DNA of 55,345 nucleotides from a virus (Duplodnaviria; Caudoviricetes): IMG/VR virus record IMGVR_UViG_3300012952_000027, positions 1 to 55,345 of that record; one strand, 5' to 3'. Shown piece by piece: positions 19,028 to 28,123 of this stretch (position 1 is its first letter; each line of letters starts with the position of its first letter). The notes under the pieces were generated by a model. It saw only the letters and a program-made list of their open reading frames with translations, ran no database searches and was not told where the DNA came from. The position numbers and the translations under genes were made by a program.

Positions 19028-20065
19028 CTAACTCTCTATGTTAAGTATATGAGGAGTTCCCTCAAAGTGACCTGAAGATGTTTGAACTCCCCATTTAGAA
19101 ACTATTGGCATATCAGAAAGCTTCTCAGCACCCATATACGACATGCCGCTTCTGATCCCAGCCTGTAGATCTCTAACAATATTACTAACAGGTGATTTTA
19201 GCAAGACAGTAGTTTTTACACCTTCTCCAACTGGGAGATCTTCTATTTCTCTATTATTTCTATCAACCATCGCAGAAACTGAAGCCATGCCTCTAAATAC
19301 TTTATATTCATTTCCTCCTGTCGATATAACTTCCCCTGGCGTCTCTGGTGTGCCTGAAAACATGCTTCCGGCCATAATAAAGTCAGCTCCCGTAGCAAGC
19401 GCTTTTACTGCATCCCCAGAAGTTTTTATTCCTCCGTCTGCTATTATTTCAACACCTGCTCTGTCTGCTGCTTCTGCACATTCTAGTAAGCAAGAAAACA
19501 TTGGCACACCGTGGCCTGTAATGACTCTGGTTGAACAGCAAGAGCCTCCACCAATACCTACCTTGACGCAGTCTGCTCCCCAGGCTGAGAGGTCACTGAC
19601 AGCTTCTGGTGTAGCAACGTTTCCAGCAACAATGTAAATATCTTCTCCGAAACCAAACGTGTTTCTCATAACCTTTAGCATATGTCGCATCATTGTACTG
19701 TGACCATGAGCAATGTCAATAATAAAATGTCTTGCACCTGCTCTGTGAAGTGCTACTGCTCTTTGTATATCATCAGTATTTACGCCTAGTGAAACAAAAC
19801 AATCAGCACCCGCAGACTTTACTTTTTTAAAATCTTCAACAGCTTGTGCAGTAGATACAAATCTATGGAGAGCTCCAACACCTCCGGACTCAAACATCGC
19901 AATAGCCATCTCGGGTCCTGTGATAGTATCCATGTTAGATGAAATAACAGGAACGTCAAGGCTAATATTCCCTATCTTAGAGGAGGTGTCTAGAGATGAT
20001 CTAGACCTGCAATTGGTAATTTGAGGAATCAGGAACACGTCACTGAAAGTATAATAAGTTTTCAT
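19028..20065 (-). CDS. IMP dehydrogenase / GMP reductase family (no CBS domains)
   Basis: TFSDVFLIP, SNMDT, DIAHGHS, AGNVAT, GIGGGSCCSTR, IADGG, FRGMAS, EGV. Confidence 0.92.
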   Translation of the reverse strand: MKTYYTFSDVFLIPQITNCRSRSSLDTSSKIGNISLDVPVISSNMDTITGPEMAIAMFESGGVGALHRFVSTAQAVEDFKKVKSAGADCFVSLGVNTDDIQRAVALHRAGARHFIIDIAHGHSTMMRHMLKVMRNTFGFGEDIYIVAGNVATPEAVSDLSAWGADCVKVGIGGGSCCSTRVITGHGVPMFSCLLECAEAADRAGVEIIADGGIKTSGDAVKALATGADFIMAGSMFSGTPETPGEVISTGGNEYKVFRGMASVSAMVDRNNREIEDLPVGEGVKTTVLLKSPVSNIVRDLQAGIRSGMSYMGAEKLSDMPIVSKWGVQTSSGHFEGTPHILNIES

Positions 20066-20069
20066 ATTT

Positions 20070-21068
20070 CTAAAGATTCCACCATTGAACAGTTCTATCT
20101 AGTCCGTCCCAAAATCTAACCTTTGGCTCGTAGCCAAATCTTTCTCTCGCTGCATCTATGTCGGCCTGGGTATGCATTACGTCACCTGCTCGCCACGGTG
20201 CATCTTTAACTTCAGCATCTGGAAATTTACTTTCAAAATAATCTAAGATCTCTCTATTTGAAGTGCTATCTCCACATGCAATATTGTAAGATTCACCATT
20301 AAACTTTCCAGAAGCGTTCGCAGCAAGAACATTTGCCTCAACAGTGTTATCTATGTAACAAAGATCTCTTGTCTGACTCCCATCACCATCTGATCTCAGC
20401 TTTTGCCCTGTTTTAATTGCATTGCACCAAGCAGAAACTGCAGTGGAATAAGGAGAGTCACCTCGTTGACCAGGACCATATACATTAAAATATCTCAAGC
20501 AAACAATATCCATATCATACAGATCAGAAAAAACCTTTGCAATATCTTCTATTGCAGATTTTTGCCAAGCGTAAGGTGATTTAGGATTCTTTGGGCAGCT
20601 CTCAGATGTCGGCAAAGTATCAGCTCCGCCGTAAACAGAAGAAGACGAAGCAAAAACAAATCTATCGACACTGTTTCTGCAAGCTTCCATCAGCCTAACT
20701 GTCCCAGCTATGTTAACGTCTGTCGTTGCAGATGGATTCTCTACAGAATATAAAACTCGAGGAATTGCAGCTTGATGAAAAACAACACTGTAGTGCCTGT
20801 CTCTAATTCTTTCCAATATTTTTTGGTGAGCAAAATCATCCGATATGACCAAAACCTCATGCTCACTAGGAGACTCTGAGGTTATCTTATCAAAATCTGG
20901 AAGAAAAGAAGCATTTGGTAGTACCCTCATTTTTAGGCCATCGAGATTTTCCAAGTATCCATTTGACATATTATCAACAACTTCTACTGTCCAGCCCTCT
21001 TTGACAAGCCTTCTTGCCAAGTGAGAACCTATAAATCCGCAACCGCCTGTAACTAAACATTTTTTCAT
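20070..21068 (-). CDS. NAD-dependent nucleotide-sugar epimerase/dehydratase
   Basis: GGCGFIGS, ASSSSVYG, YAWQK, LRYFNVYGP, RD; start at ATG 21068 behind AAGGAG. Confidence 0.92.
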   Translation of the reverse strand: MKKCLVTGGCGFIGSHLARRLVKEGWTVEVVDNMSNGYLENLDGLKMRVLPNASFLPDFDKITSESPSEHEVLVISDDFAHQKILERIRDRHYSVVFHQAAIPRVLYSVENPSATTDVNIAGTVRLMEACRNSVDRFVFASSSSVYGGADTLPTSESCPKNPKSPYAWQKSAIEDIAKVFSDLYDMDIVCLRYFNVYGPGQRGDSPYSTAVSAWCNAIKTGQKLRSDGDGSQTRDLCYIDNTVEANVLAANASGKFNGESYNIACGDSTSNREILDYFESKFPDAEVKDAPWRAGDVMHTQADIDAARERFGYEPKVRFWDGLDRTVQWWNL

Positions 21069-21103
21069 TTCATATACTCCTTTTAAATAATACAAAAATA
21101 AGA

Positions 21104-22039
21104 TTATGGGTTAATGCCGCTCAAGATATGAGCAGAATTAAAATTTAGCCTGATTTGAACTTTTTCAATAGTAGTCAATTTTACAATCTTTTTAAATATC
21201 TGACTTGACAAATAGTAGATAAAATTCAGATCATGCTCTAACTTGTCTAGGACATCTGTAGATCTCATGACGATGTGTAAATCTAAAGTGTTGTCCCTGC
21301 ACATAGCGTGGATTAAAGAGATGCAAGAGTCGTTTGTGTAGATAAATCTTCTAGAAGATGAAGTTTGAGATAGATTATACTCATTTTTACCTGCAATCTC
21401 ATCATCTATTTTTTTAAGCATTCCGTGGAATATTTCTCCATAATATTCTCTCTCGCTTGGAAGGTTGAGAATATCACTAGATGCACCTTTGAACTGATTG
21501 TCTACAAGGAGTGTGAGCTGCATGCCTGTGCATTCGTTTCTGGGGCTGGCTGAAGAAAGTTTGCAAATCATGTTTGAGATGCCTTCAATTTGCATCTCTG
21601 ATCTGGAATTGACAATCGATATCAATCTGTCTCTAGATCTTTCTGGAGAGGCGAGATCCTTGTCAGAAAGTAAATAAACGTTTGGTAGATTTATAAGAAA
21701 GCCTGCGTCTTCAGCAAAGGCATCGTAAACTCTTTTTAAAGAAGCTTCGTCATGAATCTCATCACCCCTCCTTTGAAATCTCTCTCTGATAATTTCCCAC
21801 TCAGGAATCATAAGAATAAACAGATTATTTAAATTAAAAACCTCTCTTTTAAAATTGTAGTCAATATCGCCGAGATCACGATTGTACATCTTTCCAAATA
21901 TTCTTCTAGATATCTGTGACCTATCCATTAGGTGCCACTGATAGCCAGTTAAACTATGTACGTTTCTTATGAGTGTGGTTTTTCCTGAACAATCAGGACC
22001 TTCAACAAAGATATTGTGCGTAGCTAGTTCTATCATCAA
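21104..22039 (-). CDS. dNMP (thymidylate) kinase fused to a compact thymidylate-synthase-like domain
   Basis: N-term EGPDCSGKTT...DRS...RGDE; C-term SRR...SCISLIH...MRSTD.......D...NSAHI. Confidence 0.75.
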   Translation of the reverse strand: MMIELATHNIFVEGPDCSGKTTLIRNVHSLTGYQWHLMDRSQISRRIFGKMYNRDLGDIDYNFKREVFNLNNLFILMIPEWEIIRERFQRRGDEIHDEASLKRVYDAFAEDAGFLINLPNVYLLSDKDLASPERSRDRLISIVNSRSEMQIEGISNMICKLSSASPRNECTGMQLTLLVDNQFKGASSDILNLPSEREYYGEIFHGMLKKIDDEIAGKNEYNLSQTSSSRRFIYTNDSCISLIHAMCRDNTLDLHIVMRSTDVLDKLEHDLNFIYYLSSQIFKKIVKLTTIEKVQIRLNFNSAHILSGINP

Positions 22040-22067
22040 TAATTGTACCTTGAAATTTTAAATTTTA

Positions 22068-25000
22068 TCAAACGTTAATCTGTCTCATCTTGTATGATGA
22101 TGTACTACATCCCCACGATTCAGTCGATGCAACCTCTGCAAGCCAGATTGTATAGAGATCAGGGACAACTTTAAACTTAGTCCACACACGGAGCCAGCAG
22201 CTCTCTGAGTTGTTATCACATACCTTCATCTTATAAAAAACTTTACCGTTCTTAGTCTGTTTTTCAATGATTTCTTGAATGCAGAACCAGACTACATCCT
22301 TTGATTTTCCTGAAAGAGCTGTGACAGGCCTGAGATTTGATTTATTTATTTTCTCCATGATTCTAGGCGGGAACACTAGGGCTTCATCGGCACCTGCCAT
22401 TAGATCGACTGACATTCCAATTTTAACAGTACGAGGCCAATCTCTAGTCCCGGCAGTTTCTGTAATCAAGGTAGGTATATATTCTTTAACGAACCCCTGA
22501 TTTTTCATGAGCCTCTTGTAGGCAGTCTTTGTCATGCCATACTTTCCCTTCTTTAGCTGATCATAGTTTCCAACAATTATATCGTGAAGCTGCTTGTGAT
22601 TAGAAATTAATCCGCCTGCCATTTCCTCAAGACTAGAAAATGCTTCTACTTTGCACAGAGAGTCGAAACAAGTCGTGTTCATCTTAGAGGGCTTCCATTT
22701 ATCTTGATCATCGAAAAGCACATCAGTGATCTTTTCGTACGGCCTGTTAATCATAATCTCGTCAACAGCCGCGTCACCCACCCCTTTAATTGCAGTCAAA
22801 GGTGGGACAAATCCTTGCCTATCCTCACTGTAGACCCAAACGTCCGAAGAAGCATTGATGTCAGGCGGAAGAATAGTATACCCTAGAGATTTAATTTCGC
22901 TAATAACTTTTCCAAACTTATTAGTGCCGTTCTGAGTCTGGAGGCACGTTGCAAGCCACTCCTTTTCATAGTAGGTGTGAAGCCATGCAGAGTAATAAGA
23001 ATCAATGGCGTAAGACACTGCGTGTGATTTATTGAAGCCATACCCGGAGAAAAACTCAATTGTCTCATATAGCTTTTCAGCCCTTCCCTGATTCATCCCA
23101 GAAATTTCAACAGCACCATTGACAAATTTCTTTCTAAGATCTACCCTTTCTTGAACTTTTGCGGCGTTTGAGTCAAGAGACTTCTTGACCAAAGTCTTAC
23201 GCATCTTATCAGATGCGCCCTTGTCAAAATTAGCTAGCTTCTGAGCCAAGAGCATAAACTGCTCTTGGAATGAGATAAAGCCGTAAGTTTCGCTTAGAAT
23301 TTCTTCAATGACCGGATGGTCATACTGAATAGGGTTTCCTTCCTCAACAGACTTTTTAGCCTTCACATACTTGCGATGGACGCCCGCAGAAAGTGGACCC
23401 GGCCGATAAATTGCAGTAATGGTTGCCAGCTCCTCGATAGTTCTAGGCTTAGCAGACATGCAGAAGTTTCTTGCGCCCTGTTGTGTAAATTGGAATACCT
23501 GGACAAACCTACCTTTGTGATAAACATGCTCCCACACCTTTTGATCATTAAGTGTATTGTAACGACAGTTCATATTTTCATCAAAGAACTTTTGAATATC
23601 CGCAAATGTAGGTGCGGGATTACCTTGTTTTCTTAGAATGAGCCTGACACAGTCTTCGACCATTTTAAGTGTAGTTAGACCAAGAAAGTCAAACTTAAGA
23701 AACCCATTCGGCTCGAGATGTCTGAAGTTCATGCCCTCTGACCACGGGGTTTGCAGTTCCCCTCGCACCTTAATAACTGGCATGTATTTCTCAAGATCAG
23801 GGCAGATTAAAACACCGCCAGCATGACGCCCAATCGATCGAGATTCCATAAAAAGATTTTGAACATGCTCATTTACTTTCGGATATTTTTCCATGAAATC
23901 AGCATACTTTAAAGAATACTTCATACAATCTTCGTGAGTCAGAACATAAGTTGACCTTTCCTCATGGTCGCCCATTGCTTTGTGCATAACATCTTTCTCA
24001 AGGGTGTTAGTCATAGCATTGACCTCCCCAAAGTCGATGCCATAAAACTTAGACACGTCCTTGATAAGTGACTTAAGCTTGAGAGTATTAAAGTTTGAAA
24101 CAGGAACAACTGCCTCTTCTCCAAAAAGCTCACGAGAAGCATCAATTAAAACATCTCTATCGCCAGCGTCAGTATCAATGTCTGGCCAGCCGGCCTTCGC
24201 TCTGTGCAAGAATCTTTCCCACAGCAATCCATACTTGATTGGGTCAGTCGTTGTAATGCCTAAAAGATAGTTGACAAGGGAACCAGCGCCCGAGCCACGA
24301 CCAGGTCCAATAATAGTACTCTGAGATGCAAGATCAAAGACCTTGGTCATTGTTAAGAAATAGTTTTCAAAGCCAAGAAACTTGATATCATCGAGCTCCA
24401 TCTTAGCTCTTTCGATATATTCAGGGCTAGTGTGTAGATTTTCATCAATTAGCGCCTTCTTGACCCTTCGTGCAAGCTGGTTAAACGCAGAATCAGTAGG
24501 TGTTCCGAATTTAGGTAGCTTGGCTTCCTCATCAAACCAGACATCTTCACATTGCTCCCAGGTAATATCATATGATCTTTCAATTGCGTCACAAATCATC
24601 TGATCTTTACCTGAATAAAAGTCGTAATTTGGAGCGTGTAGTTTGTATTCCTCCCACATCTGCTCTGCATTCTTCGGGTAAAGCTCACACTTTAGATCTT
24701 CAAAGGCTGGGAGCTTAGGCATTGCATCCCCTCTGGCACCCATTCTACCGAGCTTTCGGTATAGTTCGCGAGCCTCCCACATATCTCTACTATAATAGTG
24801 GCTATCAGCTGTTGCCACGAGCGGAATACCTGTTTTCTCATGTAAAGAAATTAGATGCTTATTTGTTTTGTGCTGCATAGACAAAGAGTTAAACTGGATC
24901 TCTAGATTGAAGCTATCTCTCCCGACAGCATCAATAAATCTGTCTGACATGTTTTCAAGATCTAGCATAATGTCTTGATCTGACCTTCCAAGCGCCTCAC

Positions 25001-25634
25001 CTCTCGCAATTAGAGAAGCTGGGTAGCCTCCAATACAAGCAGTGCTTACGATCAATCCATCGCCGTGCATCTTTAAAAGATTATAGTCAATTCTCGGAAA
25101 CCTATAGAATCCGTCAGTGTAGGACTTTTTAACTAGTGTAAAGAGATTCTGCAGACCTTTTTGATTTTTTGCCAAAACTACGAGATGATATCTACGCTTC
25201 CAGTCATTCTTTTCGAAATCGTTCTTAGTCTCCTCCTCATCCTCAATAACGAGGCCTCCCGATATTTCATCTTCAGAATTAATATCAGTAGACTCTTGTG
25301 CTTTTTTCTCACTACGTGCAGCGCGAACCTCTTCCCTATGTTTTTCATACGAAGCTCGCCATTCAAGCAAAGATGGTACAAAGTAAAACTCAACACCATA
25401 AACTTGTCTATATTTTCTTCCTTGCTTTTTTAGCTTCTTTGCATATGTGTGAGCATGAGCTAGACCGTTTCCATTTCCATGATCTGTTAGGGCCCAGGCA
25501 TCCATTTCATTAGAAAGAACAAAATCAATGTGCTGGTCTGGATAACCTAGCCCATCATAAGGTGAGCCTGTGCCGCAGTGTGCATGCAATCCAACAAATC
25601 TCGACGGGGTAATCAGCTTTCCATTTTTTGACAT
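22068..25634 (-). CDS. dnaE: DNA polymerase III alpha subunit (family C)
   Basis: PHP domain LHAH, TDHG, DSHY; GRGSGAGSLV; PDIDTD; HAGG; KFDFLGL; YGFNKSHA. Confidence 0.97.
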   Translation of the reverse strand: MSKNGKLITPSRFVGLHAHCGTGSPYDGLGYPDQHIDFVLSNEMDAWALTDHGNGNGLAHAHTYAKKLKKQGRKYRQVYGVEFYFVPSLLEWRASYEKHREEVRAARSEKKAQESTDINSEDEISGGLVIEDEEETKNDFEKNDWKRRYHLVVLAKNQKGLQNLFTLVKKSYTDGFYRFPRIDYNLLKMHGDGLIVSTACIGGYPASLIARGEALGRSDQDIMLDLENMSDRFIDAVGRDSFNLEIQFNSLSMQHKTNKHLISLHEKTGIPLVATADSHYYSRDMWEARELYRKLGRMGARGDAMPKLPAFEDLKCELYPKNAEQMWEEYKLHAPNYDFYSGKDQMICDAIERSYDITWEQCEDVWFDEEAKLPKFGTPTDSAFNQLARRVKKALIDENLHTSPEYIERAKMELDDIKFLGFENYFLTMTKVFDLASQSTIIGPGRGSGAGSLVNYLLGITTTDPIKYGLLWERFLHRAKAGWPDIDTDAGDRDVLIDASRELFGEEAVVPVSNFNTLKLKSLIKDVSKFYGIDFGEVNAMTNTLEKDVMHKAMGDHEERSTYVLTHEDCMKYSLKYADFMEKYPKVNEHVQNLFMESRSIGRHAGGVLICPDLEKYMPVIKVRGELQTPWSEGMNFRHLEPNGFLKFDFLGLTTLKMVEDCVRLILRKQGNPAPTFADIQKFFDENMNCRYNTLNDQKVWEHVYHKGRFVQVFQFTQQGARNFCMSAKPRTIEELATITAIYRPGPLSAGVHRKYVKAKKSVEEGNPIQYDHPVIEEILSETYGFISFQEQFMLLAQKLANFDKGASDKMRKTLVKKSLDSNAAKVQERVDLRKKFVNGAVEISGMNQGRAEKLYETIEFFSGYGFNKSHAVSYAIDSYYSAWLHTYYEKEWLATCLQTQNGTNKFGKVISEIKSLGYTILPPDINASSDVWVYSEDRQGFVPPLTAIKGVGDAAVDEIMINRPYEKITDVLFDDQDKWKPSKMNTTCFDSLCKVEAFSSLEEMAGGLISNHKQLHDIIVGNYDQLKKGKYGMTKTAYKRLMKNQGFVKEYIPTLITETAGTRDWPRTVKIGMSVDLMAGADEALVFPPRIMEKINKSNLRPVTALSGKSKDVVWFCIQEIIEKQTKNGKVFYKMKVCDNNSESCWLRVWTKFKVVPDLYTIWLAEVASTESWGCSTSSYKMRQINV

Positions 25635-25652
25635 ATCTTATCCTTTATGTAC

Positions 25653-25680
25653 ATTATAACACAGACTAGCTGTGTTTACA
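25653..25680 (-). promoter_or_regulatory. dnaE promoter with palindromic spacer
   Basis: TGTAAA-16 nt-TATAAT; AACACAG-5-CTGTGTT inverted repeat spans the spacer. Confidence 0.6.
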
Positions 25681-25689
25681 TGAGATTTT

Positions 25690-26160
25690 TTACTTAGCGT
25701 GCTTATCAGCAATTGAAAAAGAAGCCCATGAGTTAGGCTTTATTTTATTTTCAAAACCAGCAGACTCAACGTATCCTCTGATCGAATCACTGAAGCTAGA
25801 AGTAGCAGCTTGTGAAGCAGGCGGACTAACGTCTATGTGGACTTCTATTCCATCAAGACACATCTCTCTAAAAATTTCACCAACTTCTACAGATTTTTGA
25901 GTCTCGTAAAAGACTCTATGATAAAGTGATCCGAATTTTTTTGCCTTTACTTTCTGCCTAGTAAAGAAATATCGTCCGCCAGACTGCATTGCAGAGCCAT
26001 GTAGGCATATCACTGTTGCAAATATAAAGCTTCCGCCATCTTTATGTGAGTCAGTTCCTATAAATATTTTTCCATTTTTGCCATGGTGATGGACAACTTC
26101 ACATATAATATCATCAAACTCTACTGTTTTTCCAGATCCAGAAAACCACTGAGTGCCCAT
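25690..26160 (-). CDS. RNase H-like YkuK (DUF458) family protein
   Basis: IFIGTDS, GGRYF, ET.KS, EVHID, IKP.SWA...AD. Confidence 0.85.
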   Translation of the reverse strand: MGTQWFSGSGKTVEFDDIICEVVHHHGKNGKIFIGTDSHKDGGSFIFATVICLHGSAMQSGGRYFFTRQKVKAKKFGSLYHRVFYETQKSVEVGEIFREMCLDGIEVHIDVSPPASQAATSSFSDSIRGYVESAGFENKIKPNSWASFSIADKHAK

Positions 26161-26198
26161 CAGAAACCTCTCAGCTATAAATATTTAAAATTTAAGAA

Positions 26199-26648
26199 TC
26201 ATTCAATTTCTTTATCGTACGGCTCGAAAAGAAGCTCATCTGCGTTATGAACTCTATCAAGATAATCTTCAAGCTGCTCAAACGTAGTGCATACCTTTAC
26301 TCCGCTTCTTGCGAGCATCAAGTTAAACTTTGCTCCCGGAGGAAGACCGTTACAGAAATAAACAATAGGGATTTCTTTTGCGTGTGCATATCCAGCCTCC
26401 CAAATTGTTCCAATGTCCTTATCTCGCGTGTTAACAATTAGAAAGTCTGCTGTTTCAATGTGATGCAAATTTCCTGCAAACGTTTCATCCTGAACAGACT
26501 GTGGAGCATCAGGCGGGCAAACAAAAATTCGCCTTGGAGAAGCTAGATCAATCCAGTCACGGCTGTCACAAATTTCTTCAAGAGCTGATAGCTCTTCTGC
26601 TTGGACAGGATTAAACCACCCTGCAGCCAAGTATATCTTCTTAGTCAT
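26199..26648 (-). CDS. nucleoside 2-deoxyribosyltransferase / nucleotide N-hydrolase family
   Basis: IYLAAGWF, D.GT.WEAGYA.A..IP, N.ML. Confidence 0.85.
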   Translation of the reverse strand: MTKKIYLAAGWFNPVQAEELSALEEICDSRDWIDLASPRRIFVCPPDAPQSVQDETFAGNLHHIETADFLIVNTRDKDIGTIWEAGYAHAKEIPIVYFCNGLPPGAKFNLMLARSGVKVCTTFEQLEDYLDRVHNADELLFEPYDKEIE

Positions 26649-26689
26649 TATGTTTCCTTTGTTATAAGAATATCTTACAGTAGAAAATG

Positions 26690-26899
26690 CTACTGTTCAT
26701 TTTTGTCAACTGTTGATCTTCTCTTATTTCTAGAATCAGCTATTGCACCAGTATTAAAAGATGGTCGATCAGTTTTTCCAGTACAGTAAGAGAGCTCTTT
26801 TTCCATCTTGTCAGTGTTCCAGCCTCTCTTTTTATGCCTTTTTATCTTAGAAGTAAGCCTTCTAACGTGCTGATTTTGTCTTTGTAATTTAGATCCCAT
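26690..26899 (-). CDS. small basic hypothetical protein
   Basis: 69-aa ORF in operon. Confidence 0.6.
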   Translation of the reverse strand: MGSKLQRQNQHVRRLTSKIKRHKKRGWNTDKMEKELSYCTGKTDRPSFNTGAIADSRNKRRSTVDKNEQ

Positions 26900-27145
26900 T
26901 TACTTTTTCCTATTTTTTGAAGACAGGTCTTTTCTTTTTGATTTTGATTTCTTTGCAGGTGCCGTTTCTTTGATCGGATACCATGACTTTACTTTGAATC
27001 TAGTGCCGCCTGGTCCGCATCTCCTGATTTTTACAAGAAGCTTGTTATCAGGATCTGTGCTGAGGAGGCTGTTCTTGTAGGTGCTAGCTGCCTCATAGCT
27101 CTCCAAGACCTTTTCTGTTTTCCAGCTTTTTGAAGCTACAGTCAT
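26900..27145 (-). CDS. small basic hypothetical protein
   Basis: 81-aa ORF with ATGA overlap. Confidence 0.6.
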   Translation of the reverse strand: MTVASKSWKTEKVLESYEAASTYKNSLLSTDPDNKLLVKIRRCGPGGTRFKVKSWYPIKETAPAKKSKSKRKDLSSKNRKK

Positions 27146-28122
27146 TTAGAATGTCCTTTATATTCTTCTTCTAGAAGGTTTATTTCATCAAGCGTTTTAT
27201 TCCAATATTGTCTAAACTTGGTATTTCCATCTACCTCATCTTCAGGCGGGGCTGTGCCGTTTAGATCATATCGATATCCCTGATAGATAGTGTCATCTGG
27301 ATGATATTCAATGTGCTGATCGCTCTCGCTGTCAGGCCAATAAAGATTCGTACCTGTTCCTGATCTTACGTTCTTAATATAATGCCACGCAGGTGATGTT
27401 AAAGTCTTAGTCCCAATAACAGCACTTGCCTCAGGGAGAACTCTAATAATTTCAAGTGCCATCTTGGCTGCAATCAAGTTATCAACAGAAGGCTGAATTT
27501 GCTTGTCAGCTCGCTGCTTAACAAATCCGATAATATCCTTTAGATTAAATCTACCATAATAGAAAGTTGACAAGCACTTTGGCAAAATTGTTCGAGCATC
27601 CATCATTGAAATCTGTCTGGTGTCAACCATGTCAGCATAGAGCTGCTTTGCATCTTCAACGTGCCGCTTCCATCGACGATATAGATCTGGACTATTTTCA
27701 ACGGCACTAGGAACTAGACAGGGTTCGTGATGAAGAAATCTATCGCCTGTGCACTGCGCTGCCCAAGAACCTGCTCTGTGTCTAATCAAATGAGTTACAG
27801 TTTGAAGATCAATTCCTGCAAACTTGAATGTAAAGCTAAAAATCTCCATCGGGGTCGGCAATGCTCTAAAACAAAGAACATCTTCAAGGTTTTCACTTAG
27901 CTCGCTTTGGGACACACCTTCAGGATTAGTAAAGTCGGGCGTGTCAGCCCATGTAGCCTTGACATATCGCCAGGCAACATCTCGCATCTGCTCAGCAGTC
28001 GGATGATCAACTAGCTCAACCTGTAGAGCATCGAGATCATTTAGAAATTCAGTAGTCGGATCTTCATCAAACCTCAAGGCCATAGGAAGATTAACAGGTG
28101 TCAGGTTTTTGTTTTGTGGCAA
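27142..28122 (-). CDS. thyX: flavin-dependent thymidylate synthase (ThyX) family, divergent
   Basis: P.E..SFTF, HLIRHR, DARTILP, R...Q.Q; GGAGG RBS. Confidence 0.78.
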   Translation of the reverse strand: MPQNKNLTPVNLPMALRFDEDPTTEFLNDLDALQVELVDHPTAEQMRDVAWRYVKATWADTPDFTNPEGVSQSELSENLEDVLCFRALPTPMEIFSFTFKFAGIDLQTVTHLIRHRAGSWAAQCTGDRFLHHEPCLVPSAVENSPDLYRRWKRHVEDAKQLYADMVDTRQISMMDARTILPKCLSTFYYGRFNLKDIIGFVKQRADKQIQPSVDNLIAAKMALEIIRVLPEASAVIGTKTLTSPAWHYIKNVRSGTGTNLYWPDSESDQHIEYHPDDTIYQGYRYDLNGTAPPEDEVDGNTKFRQYWNKTLDEINLLEEEYKGHSK

Positions 28123-28123
28123 T

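Noticed and set aside
22068-25634. Intein or intron in DnaE (also considered for RNR, helicase and RecA)
   Set aside because: Lengths are normal, motifs are contiguous, and no C...HN splice junctions or LAGLIDADG motifs were seen.
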